Notes: generated from the sequence alone by a model not told the origin. A stretch of 57,539 nt of DNA from Candidatus Pacearchaeota archaeon (GCA_017609085.1 JAFCEO010000002.1:1-57539); one strand, 5' to 3'. Numbered from the stretch's first letter, positions 21,281 through 31,574 are shown. Translations and numbers: made by a program.

Positions 21281-21590
21281 CTCTTCTATAAATACATCTT
21301 TCAATAAAACCATAATCACTTACATCTTTCTCGTCAATTGGTAAAACAACTAAATCAATGGTCATTGTTCTAGAAAGAAAAGTATTATGCAAATTCAAAT
21401 CTAAATCTGTTACCTTATCCTCAAATTTGTCGTCTCTTATTTTTTCAAGAAGAAAATAGTAAGCTATTTTACATCCTTCATAAGGGTACTCAGGACTTGT
21501 TCCTTTAAAAACAGCTTTAAATTTTTTATGTCTTTTAGCAAATTCTATCAATTTTTTATTAATCTCTTTTTCAAAAGATATTTCAGTCAT
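21273..21590 (-). CDS. Hypothetical protein
   Basis: 105-aa ORF whose start overlaps the upstream stop. Confidence 0.6.
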   Translation of the reverse strand: MTEISFEKEINKKLIEFAKRHKKFKAVFKGTSPEYPYEGCKIAYYFLLEKIRDDKFEDKVTDLDLNLHNTFLSRTMTIDLVVLPIDEKDVSDYGFIERCIYRRAI

Positions 21591-22291
21591 TTCTCCCCAA
21601 ATTCAAGGATTAATTTTCCTTTTGAGAACTTGTATCCCAACAAAGGAAATTTAATAGGGAGAAGTTTAAAATATGCTTTGTCTTTTGAAAATGCCTTCAC
21701 CTCTACACTATTTTCTAATTGATTAACAATAATATCTTTTTTGCTCTTTACACCCGGCAAATCTATTTCGTAGATTATTCTCCCACTTAGTCTTCGAACT
21801 TTACTTTCTGCTTCTTCTCTTGGCAACTTAGCTAACTTTCTAGCTTTCTCTTCACTAATTTGAGGTATTTTTACTCTTTCTTTAATTGGTTTTGTCTTAA
21901 TTTGTTTTTCTATTTTCTTAAATTCTGGTATGTTTCCAAAACTTTTAACCTTAATAATAGGGAAACCGTCTCCTGAAGAAATATTTATACTTATACCTCC
22001 TTTTTTTATATTATTTCTTGGAATTTTTTCTTTGCTTAATTCTTTATCTAATTCTCTAAATTGTTTGTCCATTTCCTTTACTATCTTTTTAAAAAGAGTA
22101 TTAAAACCAAAAGGTAATTTTATTTCATCTTCAAATAAATCGAAACTATCCTTTTTTCCAAGAAGTCCATAATCTCTTTCGTCTTTCTCTTCATTTATAA
22201 CAAAACCGCAGTAAGGACAGTAAGTAAAACCTTTCTCTATTTTTCTTCCGCAATTCTTGCAAGTTTTTTTCCAGAGCATAATTATTTTCAA
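21587..22291 (-). CDS. Zinc-ribbon plus Hsp20-domain protein
   Basis: CKNC/CPYC at the N-terminus; DLPGV...G.L.L alpha-crystallin C-terminus. Confidence 0.8.
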   Translation of the reverse strand: MKIIMLWKKTCKNCGRKIEKGFTYCPYCGFVINEEKDERDYGLLGKKDSFDLFEDEIKLPFGFNTLFKKIVKEMDKQFRELDKELSKEKIPRNNIKKGGISINISSGDGFPIIKVKSFGNIPEFKKIEKQIKTKPIKERVKIPQISEEKARKLAKLPREEAESKVRRLSGRIIYEIDLPGVKSKKDIIVNQLENSVEVKAFSKDKAYFKLLPIKFPLLGYKFSKGKLILEFGEK

Positions 22292-22481
22292 GAAGGAGAA
22301 GTTTAAAAGCCTTGTGGAATATGGAATGTTACTATGAAACTATTCTCTAAGCCATAAATTGAAAAATTAACAGTTATTGTTAAAAATTGAAATTTCGGCA
22401 AACTTTAATCGAAAAGCTTTTAATTCTTTTTATGTTATTTAATATATAAAAAAGAAGGAAATTTTATCTATTTTTAGAAAA

Positions 22482-23138
22482 ATGAAACCAGAAGAGATTG
22501 CTAAAAGATATAACATCGATTTGGAAAAGTTAAAAAAGGAGCAAGAAAAATTAGCTAAACAATTAAAGATTGAAGATTCTATAGATTTTTCTCTAGCAGA
22601 AAGAATTGCTGCTATAGATAACTCCTTTTTAAAAAATAAGATAATCTCTGGTTGCATTGTTGTTAATCCTGAAATGGAAGTTCTTGAACAAGAATATTTT
22701 TCAGACATAATGAGATTCCCTTATATTCCAGGATTTAGAGCTTACCGTGAACTTCCATCTATGATAGAAGCCTTTAATAAGTTAGAAGAAAAACCTGATA
22801 TTGTTTTTATCCCGGGGCATGGAATAGCCCATCCAAGACTGGGAATGGCTAGCCATTTTTCAATTTCGACGGGTGTTCCAAGTATTGGAATTGCAAATTC
22901 TTTACTAATTGGAGAAGTGAAAGGAGAAGACATATTTGTTGAAGGCAAAAAAGTAGGAAAGGTTTTGCAAATTAAGCCAGGAAGCAAGCCTATGTACATT
23001 AGTCCGGGGAATCTTATAAGTATAGAAACTGCCTATAACTTGGCCAAAAAGTTTATAAGACTGCCACATAAACTTCCAGAACCTTTACATCTAGCACATA
23101 AATATGCTAAAGAAATAAGGAAAGAAATGTTTGGATAA
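22482..23138 (+). CDS. nfi: Endonuclease V family protein (one catalytic Asp replaced)
   Basis: FPYIPG, RE, G.G.AHPR.G.ASH, P.YISPG, LPEPL..AH motifs. Confidence 0.88.
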   Translation: MKPEEIAKRYNIDLEKLKKEQEKLAKQLKIEDSIDFSLAERIAAIDNSFLKNKIISGCIVVNPEMEVLEQEYFSDIMRFPYIPGFRAYRELPSMIEAFNKLEEKPDIVFIPGHGIAHPRLGMASHFSISTGVPSIGIANSLLIGEVKGEDIFVEGKKVGKVLQIKPGSKPMYISPGNLISIETAYNLAKKFIRLPHKLPEPLHLAHKYAKEIRKEMFG

Positions 23139-23246
23139 ATAACCTCGCTATAAATTTACAAAATTTTTCTCTCTTACCTCTATTTTTTAAGAACAAGATT
23201 TTCCACTTTTTTCATAAAAAAATATTCAATATAAATTAATGCAACA

Positions 23247-23317
23247 TGCGCCAGCCGGGATTTGAACCCGGGTTATCAGCTTGGGAAGCTGATGTCTTGC
23301 CACTGGACCACTGGCGC
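23247..23317 (-). tRNA. tRNA-Gly(CCC)
   Basis: Reverse complement GCGCCAG...TCAGC-TT-CCC-AA-GCTGA...GGTTCAAATCC...CTGGCGCA. Confidence 0.96.
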
Positions 23318-23385
23318 TTTTAATTATTTAAATATGCATATCTAAATTCATAAATTTTTATATAGGTTTGTTCCTTAATAAAGTT

Positions 23386-23883
23386 ATGACAAGAATAACA
23401 AAATTAACTCGATTAGTAGAAGAGACTGTAGCTGCTGCAAGAACAGGAAGGGCGGTTGCTAGTTTAGGAGCAATGTTAACTAATGTGGAAAAAACAAATG
23501 CTCCGGAAATTTACAACAGGCTAATCGCAAAGCAGAATATTAGTGAAAGCTCACCTGTTACATCTGAAATTTTAGAGAAAAAAAGAAAAAGAAAAATTTC
23601 ATTAAAAGAGGCTGTAAAAAGATTTATCGAACAATATCCTAAAGAAAGTTTGCCTTTACAAGAGATTATGAAGCAACAAGAAGAATCTTCTTCTACACTT
23701 GTAGGATATGGTTTAAAGAAAGGAAAAGATTTAGGAGATGACTTTTATATTGATTTAATTATAGAAGTAGCAGGAATTACATCCCAAGAAGCAGGAGTAT
23801 TATATCATGGTGTCTTGAAACCTATGATGAAAAGAGTTGATGAAGAAAGAAAAAAAGGATTGATTGAATATAAAATCAAGTAA
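23386..23883 (+). CDS. Hypothetical protein
   Basis: Long ORF, likely ATG at 23386 after a TTTATA box; no recognised motif. Confidence 0.7.
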   Translation: MTRITKLTRLVEETVAAARTGRAVASLGAMLTNVEKTNAPEIYNRLIAKQNISESSPVTSEILEKKRKRKISLKEAVKRFIEQYPKESLPLQEIMKQQEESSSTLVGYGLKKGKDLGDDFYIDLIIEVAGITSQEAGVLYHGVLKPMMKRVDEERKKGLIEYKIK

Positions 23884-23919
23884 CAAAACTTTTAATAACC
23901 TTCTTTTTCTTCTTAGATT

Positions 23920-25353
23920 ATGAAAAAATTTTATGTTACTACGGCAATAGACTATGTGAATGCAGAGCCACATATAGGGCACGCTTACCAAAAAATTGTA
24001 GCTGATGTTTTGGCAAGGTGGCATAGATTAAGGGGGGAAAAAGTAAAATTTTTGACAGGAACAGATGAGCACGGTCAGAAAATATCGAGAGTTGCAAAAG
24101 AACAGGGGATGAGTGAAAAAGAATTTGTTGACAAGATGGCAGAAAAATTCAAAGAAGCATGGGACAAGCTAAATGTAAAATACGATAGATTTATCAGAAC
24201 AACTGATAAAGACCATGAAAAATTTGTTCAAGAATTCATTAAAAAAATAAAAAAAGATATTTATAAAGGAGAGTATGAAGGACTCTATTGTTTTGGGTGT
24301 GAAAGATATTATACAGAAAAAGATTTAGTTAACGGAAAATGTCCTTTCCATCCAGATAAAAAATTAGAGAAATTAAAAGAAGAAACTTATTATTTTAAAT
24401 TAAGTAAGTACCAAAAACAATTGTTAAAATTATATGAGAATGAAACATTCGTACTGCCTAAAGAAAGGAGAAATGAAATAAGGAACAGAGTTAAAGAGGG
24501 GCTGGATGATCTAAGCATCACAAGAACTAATTTTTCATGGGGTATTCCTTTCCCTTTAGAGAAAGGACATGTAATTTATGTTTGGTTTGATGCTCTTCTT
24601 AATTATCTTTCAGGCTCAGGTGAGAAACAAGAGTTTTGGCCTGCAGAAGTTCATCTTTTAGGAAAGGACAACGGATGGTTTCATGCTGTTATCTGGCCAG
24701 CCATGTTATTGTCGGCAGGATATAAACTTCCTAAAACAATTTTTGTTCATGGTTTTCTTACTTTTAATGGGCAGAAGATTTCAAAGTCATTAGGAAATGT
24801 AATTTCCCCGACATACTTATCTGAAAAATACGGCGTGGACAGTGTTAGGTATTTTATCTGCAGAAATTTTGTTTTTGGAGAAGATGGAGATTTTAATGAA
24901 AAAGTCTTAGTTGAGAGGCACAATAACGAATTAGCTAACAAACTTGGCAATCTTATAAGCAGGGTCTCTGCCCTTATAGAAAAAAACGGCATGGAAAAAA
25001 TAGAAAATAAATTGTTGAAAAAACTTAAACTGAAAGAAATTGAAAGTTGCATAGATGATTTTAAATTGGACAAGGCCTTAAACTCCATATTTGAATTTAT
25101 CGATATATGCAACGAGTATATTCAAAAGAAAAAGCCATGGGAAGCTGAAAGTCAGGATAGAGAAAAAGTTCTATACGAATTGGCAGATAGCATTAAAGCT
25201 ATAGCTATCTTACTTTGGCCCTTCATTCCTGAAACGAGTGAAAAAATTGCAAAGCAATTTGGATTCAAGATAAATTACGAAGAGATTAATAAGCCAATTG
25301 TGGTTAAAAAAATAAAAAAAGGAGAAATCCTTTTTAAAAAAATAAATGAATAA
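23920..25353 (+). CDS. metG: Methionine--tRNA ligase (lacks C-terminal OB domain)
   Basis: HIGH, GTDEHG, YVWFDAL, KISKS. Confidence 0.96.
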   Translation: MKKFYVTTAIDYVNAEPHIGHAYQKIVADVLARWHRLRGEKVKFLTGTDEHGQKISRVAKEQGMSEKEFVDKMAEKFKEAWDKLNVKYDRFIRTTDKDHEKFVQEFIKKIKKDIYKGEYEGLYCFGCERYYTEKDLVNGKCPFHPDKKLEKLKEETYYFKLSKYQKQLLKLYENETFVLPKERRNEIRNRVKEGLDDLSITRTNFSWGIPFPLEKGHVIYVWFDALLNYLSGSGEKQEFWPAEVHLLGKDNGWFHAVIWPAMLLSAGYKLPKTIFVHGFLTFNGQKISKSLGNVISPTYLSEKYGVDSVRYFICRNFVFGEDGDFNEKVLVERHNNELANKLGNLISRVSALIEKNGMEKIENKLLKKLKLKEIESCIDDFKLDKALNSIFEFIDICNEYIQKKKPWEAESQDREKVLYELADSIKAIAILLWPFIPETSEKIAKQFGFKINYEEINKPIVVKKIKKGEILFKKINE

Positions 25354-25537
25354 AAAATCATTAAAAAATAAGTTATCTATAAACGATATAGATTTCTTAG
25401 AACAAGAGGCTTTAAGAGGCAAAGCCCCCTGTTTATTTGGTTTGAGGGAACGTATAGAAAACATTTGTAGTTTATTAAAAGATTATGATGCTGTTAAGAA
25501 ATATCTTAATGATTTGAAGAATTATAAAAAACAATAA
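25346..25537 (+). CDS. Small hypothetical protein
   Basis: 63-aa ORF overlapping the metG stop. Confidence 0.5.
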   Translation: MNKKSLKNKLSINDIDFLEQEALRGKAPCLFGLRERIENICSLLKDYDAVKKYLNDLKNYKKQ

Positions 25538-25570
25538 AATTTTTATAAATCATCCTTTAATTTTATTAAA

Positions 25571-25903
25571 ATGGAGACAATAAAATTTTCAGATTGGTTA
25601 AAACTTGATTTGCGAGTTGGCGAAATTTTGAAAGTGGAGGATATAGAAGGGGCAGATAAGCTTTATAAGTTGGAAGTAGATATTAGAACAGAAAAAAGAA
25701 TTTTGGTAGCAGGGTTAAAACAGCATTATGAGAAGAAAGAGTTAGAGGGGAAAAGATGTATTGTTTTGGTTAATTTAGAACCAAAAGCTCTTAAAGGTAT
25801 AGAAAGTAGGGGAATGATTTTGGCCGCAGTTAACGAGAAAGAGAATAGAGTGATACTGATAGTGCCTGAGAAAGATATAGAAGTAGGAAGCAAGATTATG
25901 TAA
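25571..25903 (+). CDS. Stand-alone tRNA-binding OB protein (MetG C-terminal/Trbp111/CsaA type)
   Basis: LDLRVG.I, ADKLY.L.VD, NL.P..LKG.ES.GM.LAA. Confidence 0.9.
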   Translation: METIKFSDWLKLDLRVGEILKVEDIEGADKLYKLEVDIRTEKRILVAGLKQHYEKKELEGKRCIVLVNLEPKALKGIESRGMILAAVNEKENRVILIVPEKDIEVGSKIM

Positions 25904-25909
25904 TAAGAA

Positions 25910-25981
25910 GGGCCTGTGGTTCAGTGGTAGAACGTCTGCTTCACGTGCAGAAGGTCCGCGGTTCAATTCCGCGCAGGCCCA
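25910..25981 (+). tRNA. tRNA-Val(CAC)
   Basis: GGGCCTG/CAGGCCC acceptor; TCTGC-TT-CAC-GT-GCAGA anticodon arm. Confidence 0.96.
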
Positions 25982-25995
25982 TTTAAAGAATGTTT

Positions 25996-26739
25996 TTATT
26001 TAAAAAATCTAGAGAAAAAACTTTGTTTTTCTTCTCTACCTAAAATTCTTCTCGCTATATTTTTGTATGCTTTAGACGCTTTACTTTTGGGATGTGTATA
26101 TATTATAGAATTTTTTAATGTGAGTGCTTTTTGCATATTTTTATCTTCAGGAACTATCCCCAACAGAGGTAATTCTAACATATCTTTAATGTTATCTAAA
26201 GACATTTCTGATTTTCTTCTTTTGTATCTTGTGACTATAAATCCTTTAATATTCTTATTTAACTGTTCTGCCAATTTGACTGTTTTTAAAGCGTCTGTTA
26301 CTGCAGGCATCTCAGGTTGAGTAACTAAAATAATTTCGTCTGAAGAGTTAATTACTGATTCTACATCGATTCCTAAACCTGCCGGCGAATCGAGGATTAT
26401 ATGGTCAGCAAAGCTTTTTAGTTGATGTGTTATATAGGGCAGATTTTCATATTTTATTTTTCTCAAATCTTTTATTGATAACGAAGAAGGAAGAATTTTT
26501 AATCCGGAATTATGTTCGTAAATTGCTTCCAAAACTTCTGTTTTTCCGTTTAATACATGGTTTAAAGTAATTGGAACAAGGGGGGAACCTAAATGTAAGC
26601 CAATATTTGGAGTCGAGAGATTTGCATCTACAACGAGAACATTCTCTCCAAAAGAGTTCATCGCAGCTGCAAGATTTATGGCAGAAGTTGTCTTTCCTGT
26701 ACCCCCTTTTCCTGACGTTATTCCATAAATTTTTGCCAT
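25996..26739 (-). CDS. minD: MinD/ParA family ATPase
   Basis: SGKGGTGKTT deviant Walker A, DSPAG, C-terminal amphipathic FFSRFFK. Confidence 0.9.
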   Translation of the reverse strand: MAKIYGITSGKGGTGKTTSAINLAAAMNSFGENVLVVDANLSTPNIGLHLGSPLVPITLNHVLNGKTEVLEAIYEHNSGLKILPSSLSIKDLRKIKYENLPYITHQLKSFADHIILDSPAGLGIDVESVINSSDEIILVTQPEMPAVTDALKTVKLAEQLNKNIKGFIVTRYKRRKSEMSLDNIKDMLELPLLGIVPEDKNMQKALTLKNSIIYTHPKSKASKAYKNIARRILGREEKQSFFSRFFK

Positions 26740-26789
26740 TTTAAGCTCTTGACTATAATTGTTTAAAATTGGTGTAGCTTTGCAAAAAG

Positions 26790-27233
26790 CTAGATTGATA
26801 AATATTCTCTAACAAATTTTATAAACCTTTCCAACACCTCATTATATTCCTTTAATTTCTCCATATTTATCTTCACTTCCTTGCCATCTATCACTTTTAA
26901 ACACACATTTTTTCTGAATTCGCTTTCCCTTATCTTATTCAACTGAGGAATTTTTTTAAAGAATTCATAAAGGTCTAAAGTTTGAATGATAGCCGGCTCT
27001 TTTTTGAAAATATCCTTTAACGTTAAGACTTTCATTTTTGGAGCGGCGGGCAGAGTCGTTATAATCTTTTTCTTCTTTAATTTTTGAAGAAGAGCATCTA
27101 TACATAACTCAACCATGCTTCTCCATCTTTCTATGAGATTCAATATAACATCGCAGGTTTTTGTATATTTTAAGCTAACATAAAGTAAATGGTCTGCAGA
27201 TGTTTTTTCTTTCATAATTCTTTCTAAAGGCAT
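26790..27233 (-). CDS. Hypothetical helical protein (paralog-like to 27511-27981)
   Basis: ADHLLY motif shared with the neighbour. Confidence 0.75.
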   Translation of the reverse strand: MPLERIMKEKTSADHLLYVSLKYTKTCDVILNLIERWRSMVELCIDALLQKLKKKKIITTLPAAPKMKVLTLKDIFKKEPAIIQTLDLYEFFKKIPQLNKIRESEFRKNVCLKVIDGKEVKINMEKLKEYNEVLERFIKFVREYLSI

Positions 27234-27510
27234 TTTAACCTATTTTTCCATAATTTAACAAAAAGTTGTGAAACTTATAAAGAAGAAGTTATATTTATAT
27301 TTTTGCTTCATTGCAATTTTTGCTAAAACAATTCTTAAGTAGTAACAGTAGTAACAATTGAAAGATTCGAAATCTTCAATTATTTTTATAATATGAACAT
27401 AAAAATTTAAAATATATAGAAAAAAGTATTTCAAAAATCTGTCAATAAAATGAATTCTGAATTAGTAATTAAAAATCAATCTAATTTTTAAGCTGCCATA
27501 AAAAATTAAC

Positions 27511-27981
27511 TTACTTCCTATTTCGGATTATTGTTTCTGCTTTTCTTAATAGATCTTTGGCTAATAAGATATAACTCTTCATTTTTTCCATCGTTATTGT
27601 ATCTGTTTTTAAGGAATTTGTCATAATTACAATTTTTTCGTTTTTTACAAATTCGAAAGGACTTTTTTTGTGTTTTTCTGCTAAATTAAAAATTTCGATA
27701 ATTTCCTGCACCTGTTCAGGAGTTATACCATATCGTGGAGAGCATTTCTTAAAAACTTCAAAATTAGCTTTTGCATCCTTATATAACTGGATTCTTTTGT
27801 AAAGATACTCGTATTGAAGAATAGAATTTACTATATTTAGAATTGCTAAATAAGTTTCATTTAATATTTTTAAAAGAAGCCTCTTTTCTTTTACAAGAGG
27901 ATAAGTCATGTAAAGCATATGGTCTGCTGTTTGTAAAAGTTTAGAAGCTTTATCTAAATTTTCAATAAATTTTTCAGGCAT
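27511..27981 (-). CDS. Hypothetical helical protein (paralog-like to 26790-27233)
   Basis: ADHMLY motif shared with the neighbour. Confidence 0.75.
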   Translation of the reverse strand: MPEKFIENLDKASKLLQTADHMLYMTYPLVKEKRLLLKILNETYLAILNIVNSILQYEYLYKRIQLYKDAKANFEVFKKCSPRYGITPEQVQEIIEIFNLAEKHKKSPFEFVKNEKIVIMTNSLKTDTITMEKMKSYILLAKDLLRKAETIIRNRK

Positions 27982-28095
27982 TTTATTTTGCTTTCGGAAA
28001 GTGAATAGATTCTCTTTCCCTCAGTCCCATTAATAAAGGGAGATGGATTAATAAAATTATCTATTTAACCATTTGATGTTTTAAGAATTTTATAA

Positions 28096-28437
28096 TCATT
28101 TACTTAATTCCAAAATTGTGGCAGCTATATCTCCATTATTTCTTTCAAGAACTTCTTTTGCTTCCTGTTCTGTGCAGTTTGTTTTTTCAATTATCAGTTG
28201 AATGTCTTTTTCAATATCTTCCTGACTTTCAGGTTCCTCAACTGTTTCTTCTTTTACGTCGCCAGAAATCTGAAAAGTTTCTTGTCCTTGCATTTCTATC
28301 TTGACAACAGAAGGGTTTTCAATTATACTCCTCTTATTAGTACCTTCTATAATAACTCTCTCTGCATCTATATCTTCTTGTTTCATTCCAAGCTGTTTCA
28401 TTACAGCCTGGATTTTTTTAGGATTTATATTGAACAT
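28096..28437 (-). CDS. nac: Nascent polypeptide-associated complex protein
   Basis: NPKK...MKQLG, I.NP.V, FQI.G and C-terminal UBA-like (GDIA..IL.L). Confidence 0.92.
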   Translation of the reverse strand: MFNINPKKIQAVMKQLGMKQEDIDAERVIIEGTNKRSIIENPSVVKIEMQGQETFQISGDVKEETVEEPESQEDIEKDIQLIIEKTNCTEQEAKEVLERNNGDIAATILELSK

Positions 28438-28438
28438 T

Positions 28439-28594
28439 TTAAAAGAAAATTTTTAATAGAGATACAAACAATATAACGAGAATTATAAATATAACAACGT
28501 GCTCGGGCTTTAATTTCAGTTTAGATTCATGTTCCTCGCCGTATCTAACAATACCTCCAATCCCTGAAGGAACACTTATTTTGTTTTGTGCCAT
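28439..28594 (-). CDS. secG: Preprotein translocase Sec61beta subunit, 51 aa (below ORF-track cutoff)
   Basis: Manual translation MAQNKISVPSGIGGIVRYGEEHESKLKLKPEHVVIFIILVILFVSLLKIFF: G.VRY.EE...KL.P plus one TM. Confidence 0.88.
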   Translation of the reverse strand: MAQNKISVPSGIGGIVRYGEEHESKLKLKPEHVVIFIILVILFVSLLKIFF

Positions 28595-28606
28595 AAGATT
28601 TAAAAT

Positions 28607-30967
28607 ATGGGGTTATTTAAAAAGATTATGTTAAAGCAGTATAATTTTAAGGAGATAGAAGAAAAATGGAGAAAGTGGTGGGAAAAAGAGAAAATTTTTA
28701 AGTTTAATTCAAAAAAGAAGGGAAAGGTTTTTTCTGTTGATACTCCTCCACCAACTGTTTCCGGGAAAATGCACATAGGACATGCCTTTTCTTATGCTCA
28801 ACAAGACTTCATAATAAGATTTAAAAGAATGACAGGAAACGTTTTTTATCCTTTTGGAACAGATGATAATGGCCTCCCAACTGAAAGACTTATAGAAAAA
28901 TTAAAAAATGTTAAAAGTAAATCTATGCCAAGAGAAGATTTCATTAAATTGTGTCTCGATACCTTAAAAGAGATAACTTCAGATTTTATTCTAGATTGGA
29001 AAAAATTAGGAATATCTGCTGATTACGATGCTTACTATTCGACTATTGATGAAAATTCTAGAAAGATAAGTCAAAAATCTTTTATCGAATTATATAAAAA
29101 AGGACTTATTTATAAGAAAAAATTTCCGACAATCTGGTGTCCTGAATGTCAAACTGCAATTGCTCAGGCGGAATTAGAAGACAAGCAAGAAGATAGTTTA
29201 TTTTCGACTTTAAAGTTTATGTGCGAGGGAAAAGAATTATTAATTGCGACGACAAGACCGGAGCTATTACCTGCTTGCGTAGCTGTTTTTGTTAATCCAA
29301 AAGACAAGAGGCATAAACATCTAATAGGAAAAAAGGCTAAGGTCCCTCTATTTGATTTTGAAGTTCCTATAATAGAAGATGAGTCCGCAGATATAGAAAA
29401 AGGAACAGGTGTTCTAATGGTTTGCAGCTATGGAGATAAGTTTGATGTAGATGCCATTAACAGACATAAACTAAAACCTAGGATAATTTTAAATGAAGAT
29501 GGAAGTTTAAATTTCGGAAAGTATAAAGGAATAAAAGTTAAAGAGGCAAGGAAAATTATTCTTTCAGAATTAAAAGAAAAAGAGCTGATTAAAGAACAAA
29601 AATCAATTAGCCATGTTGTAAATGTGCATGATAAATGCGGAACAGAAATAGAATTTCTACCAACAGAACAATGGTTTGTTAAGATTTTAGATAAAAAGAA
29701 AAAATTAATTGAACAAGGAAAAAAGATTAAGTGGCATCCTGAGTTTATGTTTAAAAGATATGAAAACTGGGTCAAGGGCTTAGAATGGGACTGGTCTATC
29801 TCCAGAGATAGATATTTTGGAGTTCCTATTCCTGTCTGGCATTGTAAGAGATGTAACAAAATTATTTTAGCTGAAGAAGACGAATTGCCTATAGATCCGA
29901 TGCAAGTTAAGAAAAAATGTATTTGTGGAAAAACTGCGGAGCCTGAAAAAAAAGTTTTAGATACTTGGGCGACATCTTCCTTGACACCTCAAATAGCAAG
30001 TTCTTTAATAAGTAACAAAGTTAAAATTCCATTTTCGTTAAGACCGCAAGCCCACGATATAATTAGAACTTGGGCGTTTTACACAATCGTTAAATCATTA
30101 TATCACAAAAACAACATTCCTTGGAAGAACATTATGATTTCTGGCTTTGTTACCTTACATGGAAAGAAAATGTCAAAAAGTAAAGGGAATGTGATTGAAC
30201 CTCAAGCAATTTTAGAAAAATACGGAGCAGATGCGCTAAGATTCTGGGCAGCAGGAAGCAAATTGGGAGAAGACATAAATTACCAGGAAAAGGATTTAAT
30301 AACTGGAAAAAAACTTTTAACAAAATTATGGAACGCAAGCAAGTTTGTAATTATGAATTTAAAAGATTATAAGCTAGAAAAACCAAAGAAACTAGAAAAA
30401 ATCGATTTTTGGGTGTTGCAAAAGGTATCAGAACTTTCAAATGAAGTCAGAAATCTTTATGAAGAGTATAATATAGCAGAAGCAAGAAAAAAAATCGAAC
30501 TTTTTTTCTGGCATGATTTTTGTGACAATTATTTAGAAATCATTAAGAACAGAATTTATAACAAAAAAGGACGAGAAAAAGAATCTGCACAATACACCCT
30601 TTACCACACTTTGCTCACTATTTTAAAATTATTTTCACCAATAACCCCTTTTATTACAGAAGAAATTTATCAAAATTATTTTAAAGAATATGAGAAAGAA
30701 AAAAGCATACATATAAGCAAATGGCCTACATTTGATATTAAAAAAAATAAAGATGTAGAAGAATTAGGTAATTTATTTATAGAGATCCTGCAAAAAGTAA
30801 GAAAATATAAAACAGAGAAAAAAGTTTCATTAAAAAAAGAAATTGTTTTGCAAATAGAGAAAGAAAAACTAAAACAAATAGGGTCTGCACTCGAAGATTT
30901 AAAAGCTGTAACAAATGCTAAAGAGATCAAAGAAGGCCCTTTTAAAATTGAGCTACCTAATCCTTAG
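28607..30967 (+). CDS. valS: Valine--tRNA ligase
   Basis: DTPPPTVSG.MHIGH, TTRPE, DW.ISR, KMSKSKGN (start may be 28628). Confidence 0.96.
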   Translation: MGLFKKIMLKQYNFKEIEEKWRKWWEKEKIFKFNSKKKGKVFSVDTPPPTVSGKMHIGHAFSYAQQDFIIRFKRMTGNVFYPFGTDDNGLPTERLIEKLKNVKSKSMPREDFIKLCLDTLKEITSDFILDWKKLGISADYDAYYSTIDENSRKISQKSFIELYKKGLIYKKKFPTIWCPECQTAIAQAELEDKQEDSLFSTLKFMCEGKELLIATTRPELLPACVAVFVNPKDKRHKHLIGKKAKVPLFDFEVPIIEDESADIEKGTGVLMVCSYGDKFDVDAINRHKLKPRIILNEDGSLNFGKYKGIKVKEARKIILSELKEKELIKEQKSISHVVNVHDKCGTEIEFLPTEQWFVKILDKKKKLIEQGKKIKWHPEFMFKRYENWVKGLEWDWSISRDRYFGVPIPVWHCKRCNKIILAEEDELPIDPMQVKKKCICGKTAEPEKKVLDTWATSSLTPQIASSLISNKVKIPFSLRPQAHDIIRTWAFYTIVKSLYHKNNIPWKNIMISGFVTLHGKKMSKSKGNVIEPQAILEKYGADALRFWAAGSKLGEDINYQEKDLITGKKLLTKLWNASKFVIMNLKDYKLEKPKKLEKIDFWVLQKVSELSNEVRNLYEEYNIAEARKKIELFFWHDFCDNYLEIIKNRIYNKKGREKESAQYTLYHTLLTILKLFSPITPFITEEIYQNYFKEYEKEKSIHISKWPTFDIKKNKDVEELGNLFIEILQKVRKYKTEKKVSLKKEIVLQIEKEKLKQIGSALEDLKAVTNAKEIKEGPFKIELPNP

Positions 30968-31574
30968 TTCTACTTCTTATGCTTATGTAAGTATGATAAA
31001 GAGGATTCTTATGATAGGTATCTGCTTGAAAATAATTAAATCCTCCTGCAGATTTTTTTCTTCTTATTTTAAATTCTGAAAGATGTTTTAATGCCAACGG
31101 GGTTTGAATCCTCTTTATAAATTCCTCAATTCCTTTTTTTATAGGCAAGCTCGTTATATAAACTAATCTTGAATTTGTAGGGCCGAATGTTCCTGAACTA
31201 GGAGCAGGCAATTTTCCAATGTAAATTCCCTTTTCAGAATTATACCTCCATTCATAATCTAATATCTTTTTTACCTTTTCAGGAAATAAAGAAAGATTTT
31301 CGTATCCTTTAAACAAGAATATTGATTCTAAAGATAACTGGCATCTTCTGCAATTTAAAGCGTGTTCTCTAAAGTTTTTATAATTTTTATTTACCTTGCT
31401 TAAATGTTCGATGGTCTCTCTATGATTTTCTGGAGCTATGGACGAGAAATCTTCAATAACGTGAATACATTTCGAAGTCCTTTCATACCTGTCTATTTTT
31501 TTAACCCTCTCTGTCTTTTCTAAAAACTCAATAAATCTCTTTATTTCCGAAATTTCATTTTTAAGCTTTGCCAT
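30957..31574 (-). CDS. Hypothetical protein
   Basis: 205-aa ORF with a CRRC pair; no family recognised. Confidence 0.65.
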   Translation of the reverse strand: MAKLKNEISEIKRFIEFLEKTERVKKIDRYERTSKCIHVIEDFSSIAPENHRETIEHLSKVNKNYKNFREHALNCRRCQLSLESIFLFKGYENLSLFPEKVKKILDYEWRYNSEKGIYIGKLPAPSSGTFGPTNSRLVYITSLPIKKGIEEFIKRIQTPLALKHLSEFKIRRKKSAGGFNYFQADTYHKNPLYHTYISIRSRTKD

